Shown here in pieces: positions 1-11,309 of a DNA stretch of 64,000 nucleotides. The DNA comes from Somniosus microcephalus. Its lineage: Eukaryota. Under the pieces are notes generated by a model, which saw nothing but the letters and a program-made list of their open reading frames with translations, did not search any database and had not been told where the DNA came from. The position numbers were made by a program, and so were the translations under genes. The DNA lies in NCBI GenBank assembly GCA_052327205.1, contig CM126204.1, forward strand, positions 323,206,001 through 323,270,000, in the 5' to 3' direction. How positions within the stretch are numbered: position 1 is the stretch's first letter; each line of letters opens with the position of its first letter.

Positions 1-350
1 TAGTACTGTATGTCTGCTTCGGTGTTTTGAAGTGGGTGAATGTGTGTAATGGGTGAAGCATAAAATGGGTGCGCTCTGGAAATATGAATATTTTGGCAAG
101 TAAATCTCTCAAAGTGTACCGTTAAGTAGTGTCGTTGATGGTATCCACCTGTAAGGTTTCTCTCTCCTTTAGTGTTAAAATCAGTTTTCTGACTTACTGC
201 TTATTTTCTGGGGGAAAGCAATATTTTTTTTTCTACGGTAAGTTCTGATATCATCATAGAGGGCACTATGTCGGAGGATTTGCTGAGTCTGACAGTGTGA
301 AGGAGCTGAATTAATGGAACATTTAAGGGACTGCAGCATAAGGTACTACA

Positions 351-1809
351 ATGGTCTTTTCCTCTCAAATCTGTGCCCATTTCTCCTGCAACTCCATTTC
401 TGAATCTCTCCAATCAGGTTTCCATCCTTGCCACAGCACTGAAACGTCCCTAACCAAAATCACAAGTGGCATCGTCTGTCACTATGGCCGTGGTGCAGTA
501 TCCCTCCTTGTCTTTCTCAGTATCTCTGCAGCCATCGACATGGTCACCACACTATCCTCCTCCAATGCCTTTCCTCCATTAGCCAGCTCAGTGGGATTGC
601 CCTCGATTGGTTTCACTCTTACCTATCCGATCATAGCCCGACCATCCCACCCCTGCACTGTTACCTCTGGAGTCCCCTAAGGATCTATTCTAAGCCTCCT
701 CCCCTTCCTCATCTATATACTGCCCCTAGGCAACATCATCCGTAGACATGGGGTTAGCTTTCGCCTGTACACTGTCGACACCCAGCTCCACCTCTCCACC
801 AACTCTCTCAACTCTACTACAGCCTCTGTGCTGTCAGCCTGCTTTTCCAATATCCAGTCTTGGATGAGCCAGCATTTTCTATCGATAAACATTGGGAAGT
901 CTGAAGCAGTCATTTTTGGTCCCCATCACAAATTATGTACCCTCGCCACTGATTCCATCCCCTCCCCATCCATTGTATCAGGCTGAACCAGACTGTACAC
1001 AATCTCTGCGTCCTATTCGACCCCGAGCTGAGCTTCTCCATCACAAGGACCGCTTACTTCTATCTCCATCGCCCACCTCCACCCCTGCCTCAGCATATCT
1101 GACGCGAAAGCCTCATTCATGCCTTTGTCACCCGAGACTCAACTATTCCAATGGGTTCAAAATACGGCCTCGGGTGACTGTCTGTGTGGAGTTTGCACAT
1201 TCTCCCCGTGTTTGCGTGGGTTTTCTCCGGGTGCTCCGGTTTCCTCCCACAGTCCAAAGATGTGCGGGTTAGGTTGATTGGCCATGATAAAAATTGGCCC
1301 TTAGTGTTAGGGGGGATTAAAATACGTGGGGTTACGGAGTTACGGGGATAGGGCTTGGGTGGGATGGCTGTCGGTGTAGGGACCGGGTGCTAGGGTTTGG
1401 ATGATCAGCCATGATCTCGTTGAATGGCGGAGCAGGCTTGAAGGGCCGAATGGCCTACTCCTGCTCCTATCTTCTATGTTTCTATGTTTCTATGTCTCCT
1501 AGCCGGCCTATCATCCACCATGCTTTGTAAATTTCAGGTCATCCAAAATTCTCCTGCCTATATCTTATCCGACACTAAGTCCCTCTTACCCATCCCTCCC
1601 GTTCTCTCTGACCTACATTGACTCCCAGTTCCCCCAATACCTCAAATTTTAAATTTTCAGCTTTCCTTAAAACCAGCCTCTTTGACCAAGTTTTTGGTTA
1701 ACCCTCCTAATATCTCCTTTGTCTCAGCGTACATTTGTGCCTGATTACGCTTCCGTTATATAGCGCCTTTTCTACATTAAATGCGCTATATAAATGCAAG
1801 TTGTTGTTG
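351..1809 (+). mobile_element. L2-clade LINE, 3' part, degenerate, split by a SINE insertion at 1154-1495
   Basis: RT-like remnants SLQSGFHPCHSTETSLTKI...SLLVFLSISAAIDMV and GVP*GSILSLL. The sequence resumes after the SINE (CCAATG|TCTCCTAGCC) and ends in an L2-type tail GCGCTATATAAATGCAAGTTGTTGTTG. Confidence 0.8.
1154..1495 (+). mobile_element. V-SINE (HE1-like), 5'-truncated, with CR1-derived 3' tail
   Basis: V-domain TGTCTGTGTGGAGTTTGCACATTCTCCCCGTG...GGTTTCCTCCCACAGTCCAAAGATGTGCGGGTTAGG, also present in the copy at 33991-34327. The tail matches the CR1 3' end at 47580-47677 and ends in (TTCTATGT)n. Confidence 0.85.
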
Positions 1810-2949
1810 AGTATTTGTGTAAAATAATTCTGAATTAATTTTATATAAAGATACAAAATTATTTAGTAAGTAAAATAAAACATAGCTGGCCTCTAGATTG
1901 GTAAGCAATGAAGAAAATTATGTTCTTATGTAGAAGCTGAAAGCCAGTATATCACATTGCAGTGCCCAGGCCTCAGACACAGCAAGAAGATGGCAGTTTC
2001 AACAAAGTGCCAGCTACCTGTAGTATGTTTTGTAGTAAGCAAGTTTCAAATGGTAAAATTTATGTACAGAGAGAAAGATTTACAAAATTATTGGAAGATT
2101 GAGCCATTGTTGAGACTACTGCTGGGATATTTCCTTTAACATCAGTAGAGCTAGTTATTAACCTAAGATGTGCCTCTGCTGCGACTCTGTGTATGTTAAT
2201 TAAGCACTATGGCACTATTGGTTCCCTTTACTATTTTCTACTAATATCATCAGTATGTACTTTTGTAACAATTTTTTTTAAAGAACTAACGTGATATTAA
2301 AATGACTCAAAATTTAATGAATTGATTATAATAAAGAGAACCTCAGTAAAAGCAGTTTCTCTTTAAATTTGTTAAAATGTAGTTTTAAAATTTTGGTACA
2401 AAGTGCTTCTATATCCTGCATTTCTTGGAGGCTTAATTTAGTACAAAGCTGTAACGATAATTGCTCTCTGACGATCTGTTAAGAAACAACTTCTGCGTAT
2501 GACTACATACTGAAACTTACTGGTAAACTCCCACTGAGCTTAATGAGGTTGTTGTAGGAATTAAATTCACAAGATTAGGCACTGTTGTCTGCCTTTAGAG
2601 GTAATTAGTTAAAACATCACAGTATAAACATCAAATTGACCCTGGTAATTAATCTCGCCACCCAAGCATGCGAGAGAATGAGGCCAAGGCAAGTATAGCT
2701 CTCTTAAAAAGGCTCGGCCCTATCTCACACTCCACTCTTATTGATTCTTTGCTTGATTTTTTAAATGTAATACAACTGTTTATAAGATTTTCACAGAAAA
2801 ACTATTGAACTATAATCCAACTGTCCATGACTAATTAATGGTTTTAATGAAACGAAACCAGTTAATGCTGTAAACACACAGCAGATAAGTCAGCAGTATT
2901 TGCTGATGACACTGAATTACCTCTTACAGAAGGTATGTACTGCAGGGAA

Positions 2950-3969
2950 TTCAGGGCCAGTGTGCTCCTGGACTAGTTTCGATCACCTAGATCAGAGAGG
3001 AGTTCCCCAGATTCCCCCCCCCGCCCCCCCCCCCAAGATTGGCCTGGGGTTTGTATCTGGTTTTTTGTCTCTCAGGAGATCACATGGTTTTGGGTGGGGT
3101 GGAGAGTATATATTGGCCCTGAAATTAGGATCGGGAGCTTGCCGCGCGTGCAAGCCCCCGATGTGCACTCACCCTGCGCGCTGACATCTGAAGCCCAGGC
3201 CTGCTTGCATTTCCTGTCACAGGCCCGGTTCCGATGTCGGCGCGATGTGCTTACCTGATCCAGCGGCGTAGTTAGTGCGATGTGCCGGCTGGGATCAGGT
3301 GAGCACTGTGCAGCCAATCAGGGGAGGGGAAACTCATTCATGAGTTTGAGAGTAAGAACTGTCAAACTCATGAAAAGTATGGGCTGCCAAAACACTACTT
3401 AAACTTTAAATAACATTTTAAAAAACATCCCACTGATTATATTAACTATAAATAAGTTTTAAAAAATGTTTTAAACAATTAATCAATTTTTTGAAAAAAA
3501 TAAATTTTTTAAAAATAGGGTCTAAAACTAAACTTACCTTACTGTAAATTCTTTAAAAATAATAAACCTGTGGAAAAAAAATTCTAAATTGTACTAAAAG
3601 CCCACTTACCTGTAAAACTAAGTACTTACGTCTGGTTTTTCCACACGTAAAAACCGGGGGCCTTTACCCTCGGGCAACTCTGAAAATAAAAAGGAATTTC
3701 ACTGCGCACGCGCTGCCTGTGCAGTCGCACGCGTTCTGCCTCTTAACCCCTTGGGTCAGAGGACAGGAAATGCCGGTTTTCAGCACATGTGCTGTGCATG
3801 CTGAAAACCGGCAATTCCTCCGGTCACACGCGTGAGTACCCCGTCCGTACTCACGCATTGTGACAGGAATTACTGGGCCATTGTGATACACAAGGTATTG
3901 CAATTGTGTGGGACAAGCTCGATGGACCAGAGGGTCTTTACCTGTCCGTCATTGCTCGTACTTTCGTAA
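2950..3969 (+). mobile_element. Retroelement 3'-tail-like fragment (2950-3114 plus 3880-3969) interrupted by a MITE
   Basis: The right part ends GCTCGATGGACCAGAGGGTCTTTACCTGTCCGTCATTG, resembling CR1/SINE tails. The two halves are separated by an ATT-flanked insertion. Confidence 0.4.
3115..3879. mobile_element. Non-autonomous PIF/Harbinger-type element (MITE) with multiple internal hairpins
   Basis: TIRs GGCCCTGAAATT / AATTACTGGGCC, 3-bp TSD ATT (3112-3114, 3880-3882), AT-rich core. Homologous to 61397-62107. Confidence 0.8.
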
Positions 3970-4892
3970 GTTAGGTGGCAGAGTAAAAAGTGTAGATGGG
4001 AGCAGAAAGTTGCAAAGGGACATTGATAGATTAAGTGAGTGGGCAAAACTGTGGCAAATGGAGTTCAATGTGGGGAAGTGTGAAGTCATCTACTTTGGAT
4101 TTAAGAAAAAGAGATCAGAGTATTTTCTAAATGGTAAGAAGCTGGGAACTGTGGAGGAGCAGAGAGATTTAGGGGTCCATGTACAGAAATCACTAAAAGC
4201 TAGTGGATAGGTACAAAAACTAAATTAAAAGGCTAATGGAATGTTAACCTTTATCTCAATGAGGCTGGAATGGGTGGAAGTTATGCCACAGTTGTATAAA
4301 GCTCTGGTTAATCTGCATCTGGAGCACTGCGTTCAATTCTGGGCACCGCTCCTCAGGAAGGTTATACTGGCCTTGGTGTGGGTGCTGTGCAGATTCACCA
4401 GAACGATACTGGGGCTAAAAGGATTAAATTATGGCGATAAGTTGCATAGACAAGGCTTGTATTTCCTTGAGTATAGAAGATCAAGGGGTGATCTAATTGA
4501 GGTGTTTTAAGATGATTAAAGGACTTGATAGGATAGATAGAGAGAAGCTGTTTCTGCGGGGGTGGGGGGGGGGTGTGTGAGGGGGAAGTGGTGGAGTCCA
4601 GAACAAGGGTGTAGAAGCTTAAAGTTATAGCTAGGCTATGCAGGGGTGATGTCAGGAAGCACTTCTTTACGCAAAGGGTAGTGAATATCTGGAAACCTCC
4701 CTCAAAAGAGTGTGAGGCTACGTCAATGGAAAAATTCAAAACTGAGATAGATAGATTTTCATTAGGTAAGTGTATTACGGGATAGGGAGCAAAAGCAGGT
4801 AACTGCAGTTGAGGTATAGAACAGCCATGATCTAATTGAATGGCAGAACAGGCTCGAGGAGCTGAATGGCCTACTCCTGTTCCTAAGTTCCT
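3965..4892 (+). mobile_element. CR1 LINE 3' fragment (RT C-terminus + 3' UTR), degenerate
   Basis: KLQRDIDRLSEWAKLWQMEFNVGKCEVIYFG and LYKALVNLHLEHCVQFWAP. Tail CAGCCATGATCTAATTGAATGGC...GGCCTACTCCTG. Confidence 0.9.
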
Positions 4893-5030
4893 ACCTGTGG
4901 AGAGGACAGATAAGTTACCATATTGGGTGAAGAAGGGCTTGCATTGGAAACATTAACTGCCTGATCTGCTGTGTGCTACCAACATTTTATATTTTGTGTT
5001 GGATTTTTAACAACTGCAGTATTTTGCTTG
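4893..5030. mobile_element. Degenerate Penelope pLTR fragment
   Basis: TGAAGAAGGG...GAAACATTAACTGCCTGATCTGCTG...TGCAGTATTTTGC resembles the Penelope 3' end at 16330-16460. Confidence 0.55.
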
Positions 5031-5467
5031 TTATTTGTAGTGGTTTTAATGAGGTTCTTACAAAAAACTATTGATCTATAATTTAAATTCCTTTGGATTA
5101 AGTAGCCTATCAAATGAGGTGAAAGATGATGGTTACAATTAGTTTTAAGAGAGTATCTAATATAAAAAACACAAATTTTAGTCTTCTGCTACTTCAGTTT
5201 TTAAAGGTTATTTTCCCCACTCCAACTACAGATCATGGAGCCAAAAATCTGTGTAAATGCCTGCCTGTGACATCTGGTGAAGGCCCTGCAAAGTTTGCAA
5301 GGTCAGGGAGAGGTCACTTAATTTAAATAACATGAATATTTGTCCGGGAAACTATAGGTACATCTCGAGTGTCTACCTGTCCAAGGAGACTGCAAGTTGC
5401 GCTAAATATGCTGCCCCCCCCACCCCCGCAAATTTCTGAATTTGCCCCAATTGGCTTGATTTATAAG

Positions 5468-5761
5468 GTGGGGGAGTAAAATTTCACTCTAAATTTCTTA
5501 ACTATTTTACGTTCCGGCAGACAATTCTGGTTTGGATCCCCAGGTGGGCTGTATGTTTGCCATTCAACAGGTTTGGTGCACTTGCTTTCATATGGGGTAC
5601 CAGCCCACCAAAGTCCTGCCAGGCTGGGGACACGGGCACCCCTGGTCTGGGAGTCCCCGCCCCCTGGAATAGCCAGGTCCCAGCCTAATTTGCCGCCCAT
5701 CTCCTGGACCCCGCTGAAGTTACAGCGGGTAAGTGTCAGAAGGTCGGCAGAATTTCAGCCC
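5468..5761. mobile_element. Probable Harbinger-type MITE, degenerate
   Basis: Ends GGGGGAGTAAAATTT / GAATTTCAGCCC, with a GC-rich interior in AT-rich flanks. The TSD is not clear. Confidence 0.4.
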
Positions 5762-6050
5762 GTTTATCAGTTACAAGGACAGGGAAGAAAACTCTTCAGT
5801 TGCAATACAACTGGTCATTAGAAAATACACGAGTGAAGCCCCTTGCAGCAACTCACCCGTTGATTGTCCTCTTGTTCTCATGTTGAAGGCACCTCTGTGA
5901 GCTAGCCTGCTGAGCTCCGGAACTCACCAAGATCAGAATTGTGGATTACTCTGGTATATTTAATATTCAATATTTAGAAAATTTAGATTAAAATGTTTTG
6001 TACAAAAAATAGTGGTTTATTATGAAATATATTGACTTGGCTCGGACTTG

Positions 6051-6200
6051 CATAAGAACATAAGACGTAGGAGCAGGAGTAGGTCATTTGGCCCCTCGAG
6101 CCTGCTCCGCCGTTCAATAAGATCATGGTTGATCTGATCTTGGCCTCAACTCCACTTCCCTGCCCGCTCCCCATAACCCTTGACTCCCTTACCTTTCAAA
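6051..6200 (-). mobile_element. CR1 LINE 3' terminal fragment
   Basis: CATAAGAACATAAGACGTAGGAGCAGGAGTAGGTCATTTGGCCCCTCGAGCCTGCTCCGCC is the reverse complement of the CR1 tail seen at 47590-47677. Confidence 0.85.
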
Positions 6201-6279
6201 GGTAAAGGACTCAGATAACAAAAACAAAAATAGAAAAATAATGATGGCAAAGTTAATCAGAGGTATTTGTAAACTCTAA

Positions 6280-7055
6280 GGGGGAGAAATTGAGTATAGC
6301 CCCGTTTGGGGCACCAGCCTCGCCAGGGCGCTAAAAGTAACGCCCCGGAAGCATTCGCGGCTGCCCGCCGGAAATTGAGTGGTAGCGCCCCAAAGGGAAG
6401 CGCGGCACTACTGGAGGCGCCCCGCATCCCTCTTGGGGCGCTGCGACTGAATATCGTGGCGCAACGTGCCGCAGCACCACACGCTGCGGCACGTCGCGCT
6501 GCGGTATTGCAGGCCTTCCTCCCCTTCTTAAAGGGGAGGGGCCTTGTGCAGCGCGATCTGGGGCCCAGCTCGGCCCCCGAGGATCGGGAGTGCAGGCAAA
6601 AGAGCCCGGCACCGAAGAGAAGTGCCTGGCTCTTGGAACGCAGCCGGCACTCTGTGGCGGGGGGGGGGGGGGGGGGGGCGGTTCAGGAGGCCGGGGACAG
6701 GAGCGCAGGCAGGTGCTGGCAGGCGGCCAACAACAAAAATGGCCGCCCCGCACCTCTCCTTTAATTTGCGCCTCCCCGGCCGCAGGTAGGCCCCCCTGAA
6801 CCGGTCAGACATAGCGTCCGGCGGTAAATCGGGGGCGCTGCCAAATATCGCGGCCGGGGTGTCAGCGGGGCGCTGCGCACACCGATGACGTCATCGGTAG
6901 CGGCACAGCGCTAACAGTTAGCGCCACCACTAACGTCCCGCGGAATTTAGCTGGAGGCGTGGACAGTGCCGCGACCGGGCGCCAGTTGGCTTGCGACCCA
7001 CTTAGCGCCCTCTTAAGGCGCTAATGGGTGGCGCAGCCAACCGAATTTTTTCCCC
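6280..7055. mobile_element. GC-rich Harbinger-type MITE
   Basis: TIRs GGGGGAGAAATT / AATTTTTTCCCC, TSD TAA (6277-6279, 7056-7058), many GGCGC/GCGCC subterminal repeats, CpG retained. Confidence 0.85.
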
Positions 7056-9860
7056 TAAATATTTTAAAGTTGTTCCTGATGGTGAAGCTCATTTTTTATT
7101 TCAGTAAATATTTTTATTGTCGAATAATAGAGTGGGTTTACCAGCCAACCTCTGGATAACTGTTGCTGCTGTTTACAATTATTTAGTTAATTATTATTTT
7201 AAGTTATAGCCAGCTGAAGTATGTGCCTATTATGATGACACATCCAAAAGAAATTAGCACACCTTTTCATGATTCACAAAAAGTTGTATTTGACGGTTGT
7301 ATTTTTATCAGCTCAGCAAGAAAATTTCTACTGTGTCAGTGCATTTGAGTAAAATTCCCAACCATTCGTGAATTACGAGCATTTCTGTGCTGTCTGCGGG
7401 ACACTAGATTGGGTCTGATCAAACTCACCTCATTTAAGATCTTTATCAGGCAAAAGAGAGCGAGAATTCAATGCCATTTTTCACAGCTGAATTTAAACCC
7501 CACGAGTGAAAAAATGAAGTTGCAACTTCCTACACTGTACTGGGTGTGGGGCAAATTTGAAACCGAATTCTGTATGTATTACTTAAAAATCTCAAAAATG
7601 AGCAGAGTTCTATTCATTCCAATGAGTCTGCAATGTGTCTGACTGTTTTTCCCCTCATAAAACGGCACTGTTGGCAATGGTCTGACCTTGGCAAACACAA
7701 AGATCTCTGCAGCAGAGTGGATGAAGTTTTAGTGCTGTACAGATGTAATTCTTTTAAAGTATTATCAGAACACATGTTGCTCAACTAAAATTGTTTGGCT
7801 TCATTCAGCCTTCCTTTTGTTACGAGTACATTTCAGTCTAGATATGCGTTGGGATAGGACCTGAGTCATGTCAACTGAAATTATGCCCCCCCACCCTCCC
7901 CTGACACCGTTTGGATGGTAGTGGGCGAAAGAGGATAGTGAGACAAAATTATTTAGTGAGGTTTTTTTTTTACACAAATAACCAAGCATAACTGTCTCCA
8001 AAGAGTGCCACATTGATGAATGTGCACTGATGACGGTGATAAAATCTCTGAATTAGGACATGGTGACATCATTTTCCCTTTGTGAACACTTTTAAACTAC
8101 AATAGTTTCTATGTTTAATAGCACCAGCAAGTCTACCTACTTCTTGTTCTGCTGTTGTGTCAGTCTGAAGAGTCCCACACTGGGCCCAAAATATAATTAG
8201 CTGTCTGTAGGGGCCAGTAGAATATGGCATTTGACATACTGAGATGTAATAACCCTCATACTGCCAGCTCAAACTCGAATCTTGAATGCAGACATAACCG
8301 TCAGTTGCTGAACAACATTGATGAAGCATGCATTTAGTGATGGAAAATCAGTGATTTACATTTTGGTGTCAAACCTCAATTTCTTCAACTCTTTTTGTGC
8401 TTCTAGACAGCACCAGAATGCGATTTGTGATGTGAGACATCTGTCCTTATTACATTCACTTCCAGTAGCACCTTGTTGTTCTGTTAGCTAATATGAACAA
8501 AAATAACTCCTAGTAGGACTCAGTTTGCATTTGTGGTGTTCGTTCAAACATAGAGCGCTTTACACTGTTTTAAGATAATGGAAATTTCAGTAGTTCATTC
8601 ACAAATTAAATCCCCTTTCAGTGCTCTGAACTGGATGATGCCATGTTGCAGAGAACTCCTTCTTAAAATATTGACATATACTTGCACCATTTCAGGAAGG
8701 AGCGAGAGGGGCGGTGGGTTGGCAGGAACAATTTTTGTTCCTACAGTAGAGCTTGAAAATGCTCAAAAGAATTTTGCTTCATGAACAAAACAGATTTTTT
8801 TTAATGAATTGAAGTCACTAAGAAAGTTAAAAACCACCCCTCGCTGAATAAATTGCACAAAAGAAGAGCTCTGCCTTTCCCCCCAGTGATAGAAAAAAAA
8901 AAGCATCCCATATGTCAACGCACGGCTTAGAATGCTCAGCAGAGGATTGTGTTTGTTAATGAATCAGTGAAACTTGTACCATTTTTTTAAATAACAAAAA
9001 AAAGTCTCATTTAAGGATTTCCTTGTTCATTTTCTGTTCTTTGTCAGTACTCTGGCAAGGTAAGGCACAATTATCTCGTGCAGCTCCGAGCAGCCTGCTC
9101 AAGAGGAGCTTTGGCAGGGGCTTGGTAACAAGTTGTCTGTCTGCCCTCTTGGCTGGGAAAAGTGAATTTAACAGTATAAATGTGCCTTCAATTACTATAT
9201 TTAAAAAAAAATGTAACTGAAATCTTTATTGAACTGTGTCCATTTCAGTAGCAGAATACTGCACTGTTGCAATTATTGATCTCGACACAAGCATAAAGAT
9301 GGTGGCATGCATGGAAATTCCTAGCTCAATCCAGAGGATAGATAGCACAAGCCTTGTATGTTGGTGAAAGAGTTAACACAGCTTTCTGATTGTACTGCTG
9401 TCTGTGGGACAGGCTTTGATTTAAAGATCAGTATAACAAAACCTCAAATCGGGAAGATTTCTAATTTGTAAATTGCTGAGTACGTTCCAGGGCTGTTCTA
9501 TGACAGCCGTTACCTTTCATCCCAAATACTTCAAATATATATTATTTCGAAACTCCATCTAAGCATCACGACATCATTGCTGTCCCTTGTGTCTGAAATA
9601 AAACACCAGATGTATCTCCCATTAAAATAAAACAATTACTTCAATGTTTTCAGACTGTTAGTCATAGTACTGTTAGTCATACTAGAGTGGCCCGTTATTT
9701 TTTAAATCCCGTACTATGTGCAAAAGTAGGATTTTAGAAATGTACATTCTGTCATTTGTTAATATTTGTTTTAATTTGAGATGCCCCAGAAACTGCTCTG
9801 TCTGATTTTAAAACCCAATATTAAAAAGTCTCAACATTTTGACCGGCTTTTAAAGATAAA

Positions 9861-10536
9861 GGGGGAAAAATTCAGTTGTTTGCGCCTCCCGTTAGCGCCT
9901 TAAGAGGGCGCCAATTGGGGCGCAAAGCAACTAGTGCCCGGGCGCGGCGATGTTTGTGCTGCTCGCGAAATTAACTAGACATTTTGCGGCGGCGCTAAAC
10001 ACTACCGCCACGACCTCCTGCGCCGGCAGATTGTGACGTCAGTTGAGTGTGCAATGCCCCGGCAACGCCCCGGACCGGATATTGAGTGGCGCCCCCTGCC
10101 TTACCGCCTGCCGCTAGCAACGACAGGTTGAAGGGAGCGTTATGCTGTCAGAAAGGGACTAGGGGAGCGCTATTTAAAGGCGACTGCTTCCTGCCTTTTT
10201 TTGTCGCTGACATTTTTGCACCACGCATTCTGAGAGAGAGAGAGAGACTTCTGGAGAGATTCAACGCTGTGTGAAGGAGTTTTGAGTACTGAACAGCACT
10301 TTGCAGGTTTATTTTGATTTGCCCTTCCTTGCTTCGCCAGCACTCTGAGGTAGCGCCTCATTCTTCGGCGTTTGTGCCTTAAGACAGGTGTGAAACGCCT
10401 GATTTAGCGTTCCAATCACCTCCAGGGGCGATAAAAGCCAAGTTTGCTGTCGGAGGCGATAATTAGCACCAGGCGTTAAACTTTGCGCACGGCCGATAAC
10501 GGCGCCCCAAATGGGGCGATACTGAATTTTTTCCCC
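9861..10536. mobile_element. GC-rich Harbinger-type MITE, same group as 6280-7055, opposite orientation
   Basis: TIRs GGGGGAAAAATTCAG / CTGAATTTTTTCCCC, flanked by AAA on both sides. The first ~90 bp align to the reverse complement of 6975-7055 (shared TTAGCGCCTTAAGAGGGCGC). Confidence 0.85.
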
Positions 10537-11309
10537 AAAATCTCACAATCAGGAGTCCCTTTAAAGAGTCCCAACATCAAGGCCATTTTTGAAGTTGGAG
10601 TCCCATACTTGGGGCTCTGTCTGAGAGAAATTTTAATTTTAAGAACCCCTCTTAAAACAGTAGGATCCCCTTTAAAGCTCTCCATCTCAACAGCTGACTA
10701 TCCCATCAAATTTAGACATTTAAAGAGAGAAATTACCACTTTCTATTTATTTGTGAACATTGTTATATAAAAATATGATTGTTGATAACAGCAGTGAGGG
10801 AACTGACATGGATGACATAACTAACTTGAAAGCGTGAATGAGCCAGATTAATATTAACACGCATTATTATTAACCCAATCGTGCTTTGGTGAGCATGTCA
10901 CTTTATTTATGCAAGTTTATTGGCAAGAGCAACATGGGCGCAAGTAGTAAATCCAGCAACTTCTGAGAGACAAATTGAGAATAAGAGTGTCCTCAATACC
11001 AAAAGATCTGGGAGGCTAACTTCGATAGGCCCCGAAAACGGGCACGGGGATCGCGATGCATGATTAACCCGCGCCCGTTGAATGTACTGCAGGCAGCATG
11101 CCAACTTCGTGCTACCTGCTCATTTCAATGATTTCAGGGTGCAGCCAAGCATCAGCAGGGGGCCCAAAATAGTTACTTGCTAGCTCCAGTTAAAGCTAGC
11201 CTGCACTGCTTAAAGCTAGCCTGGACCTCTTAAAGGGGTGGTGCATTGTGGCTGGAGCAGGTGCTGGATGTCGTTCAGGAACTGAATCTGACCTGGGAAA
11301 TAGTGAAGA

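Noticed and set aside
3525-3632. Repeated ACTTACC (antisense splice donors), suggesting orientation bias of MITEs
   Set aside because: Other MITEs here carry sense donors (e.g. GGTAAGT ~5728, GGTGAGT ~45124), so no bias is supportable.
6306-6812. Cluster of overlapping GC-rich ORFs / apparent CpG-island promoter
   Set aside because: It lies wholly within a TIR/TSD-bounded MITE, and GC richness suppresses stop codons.
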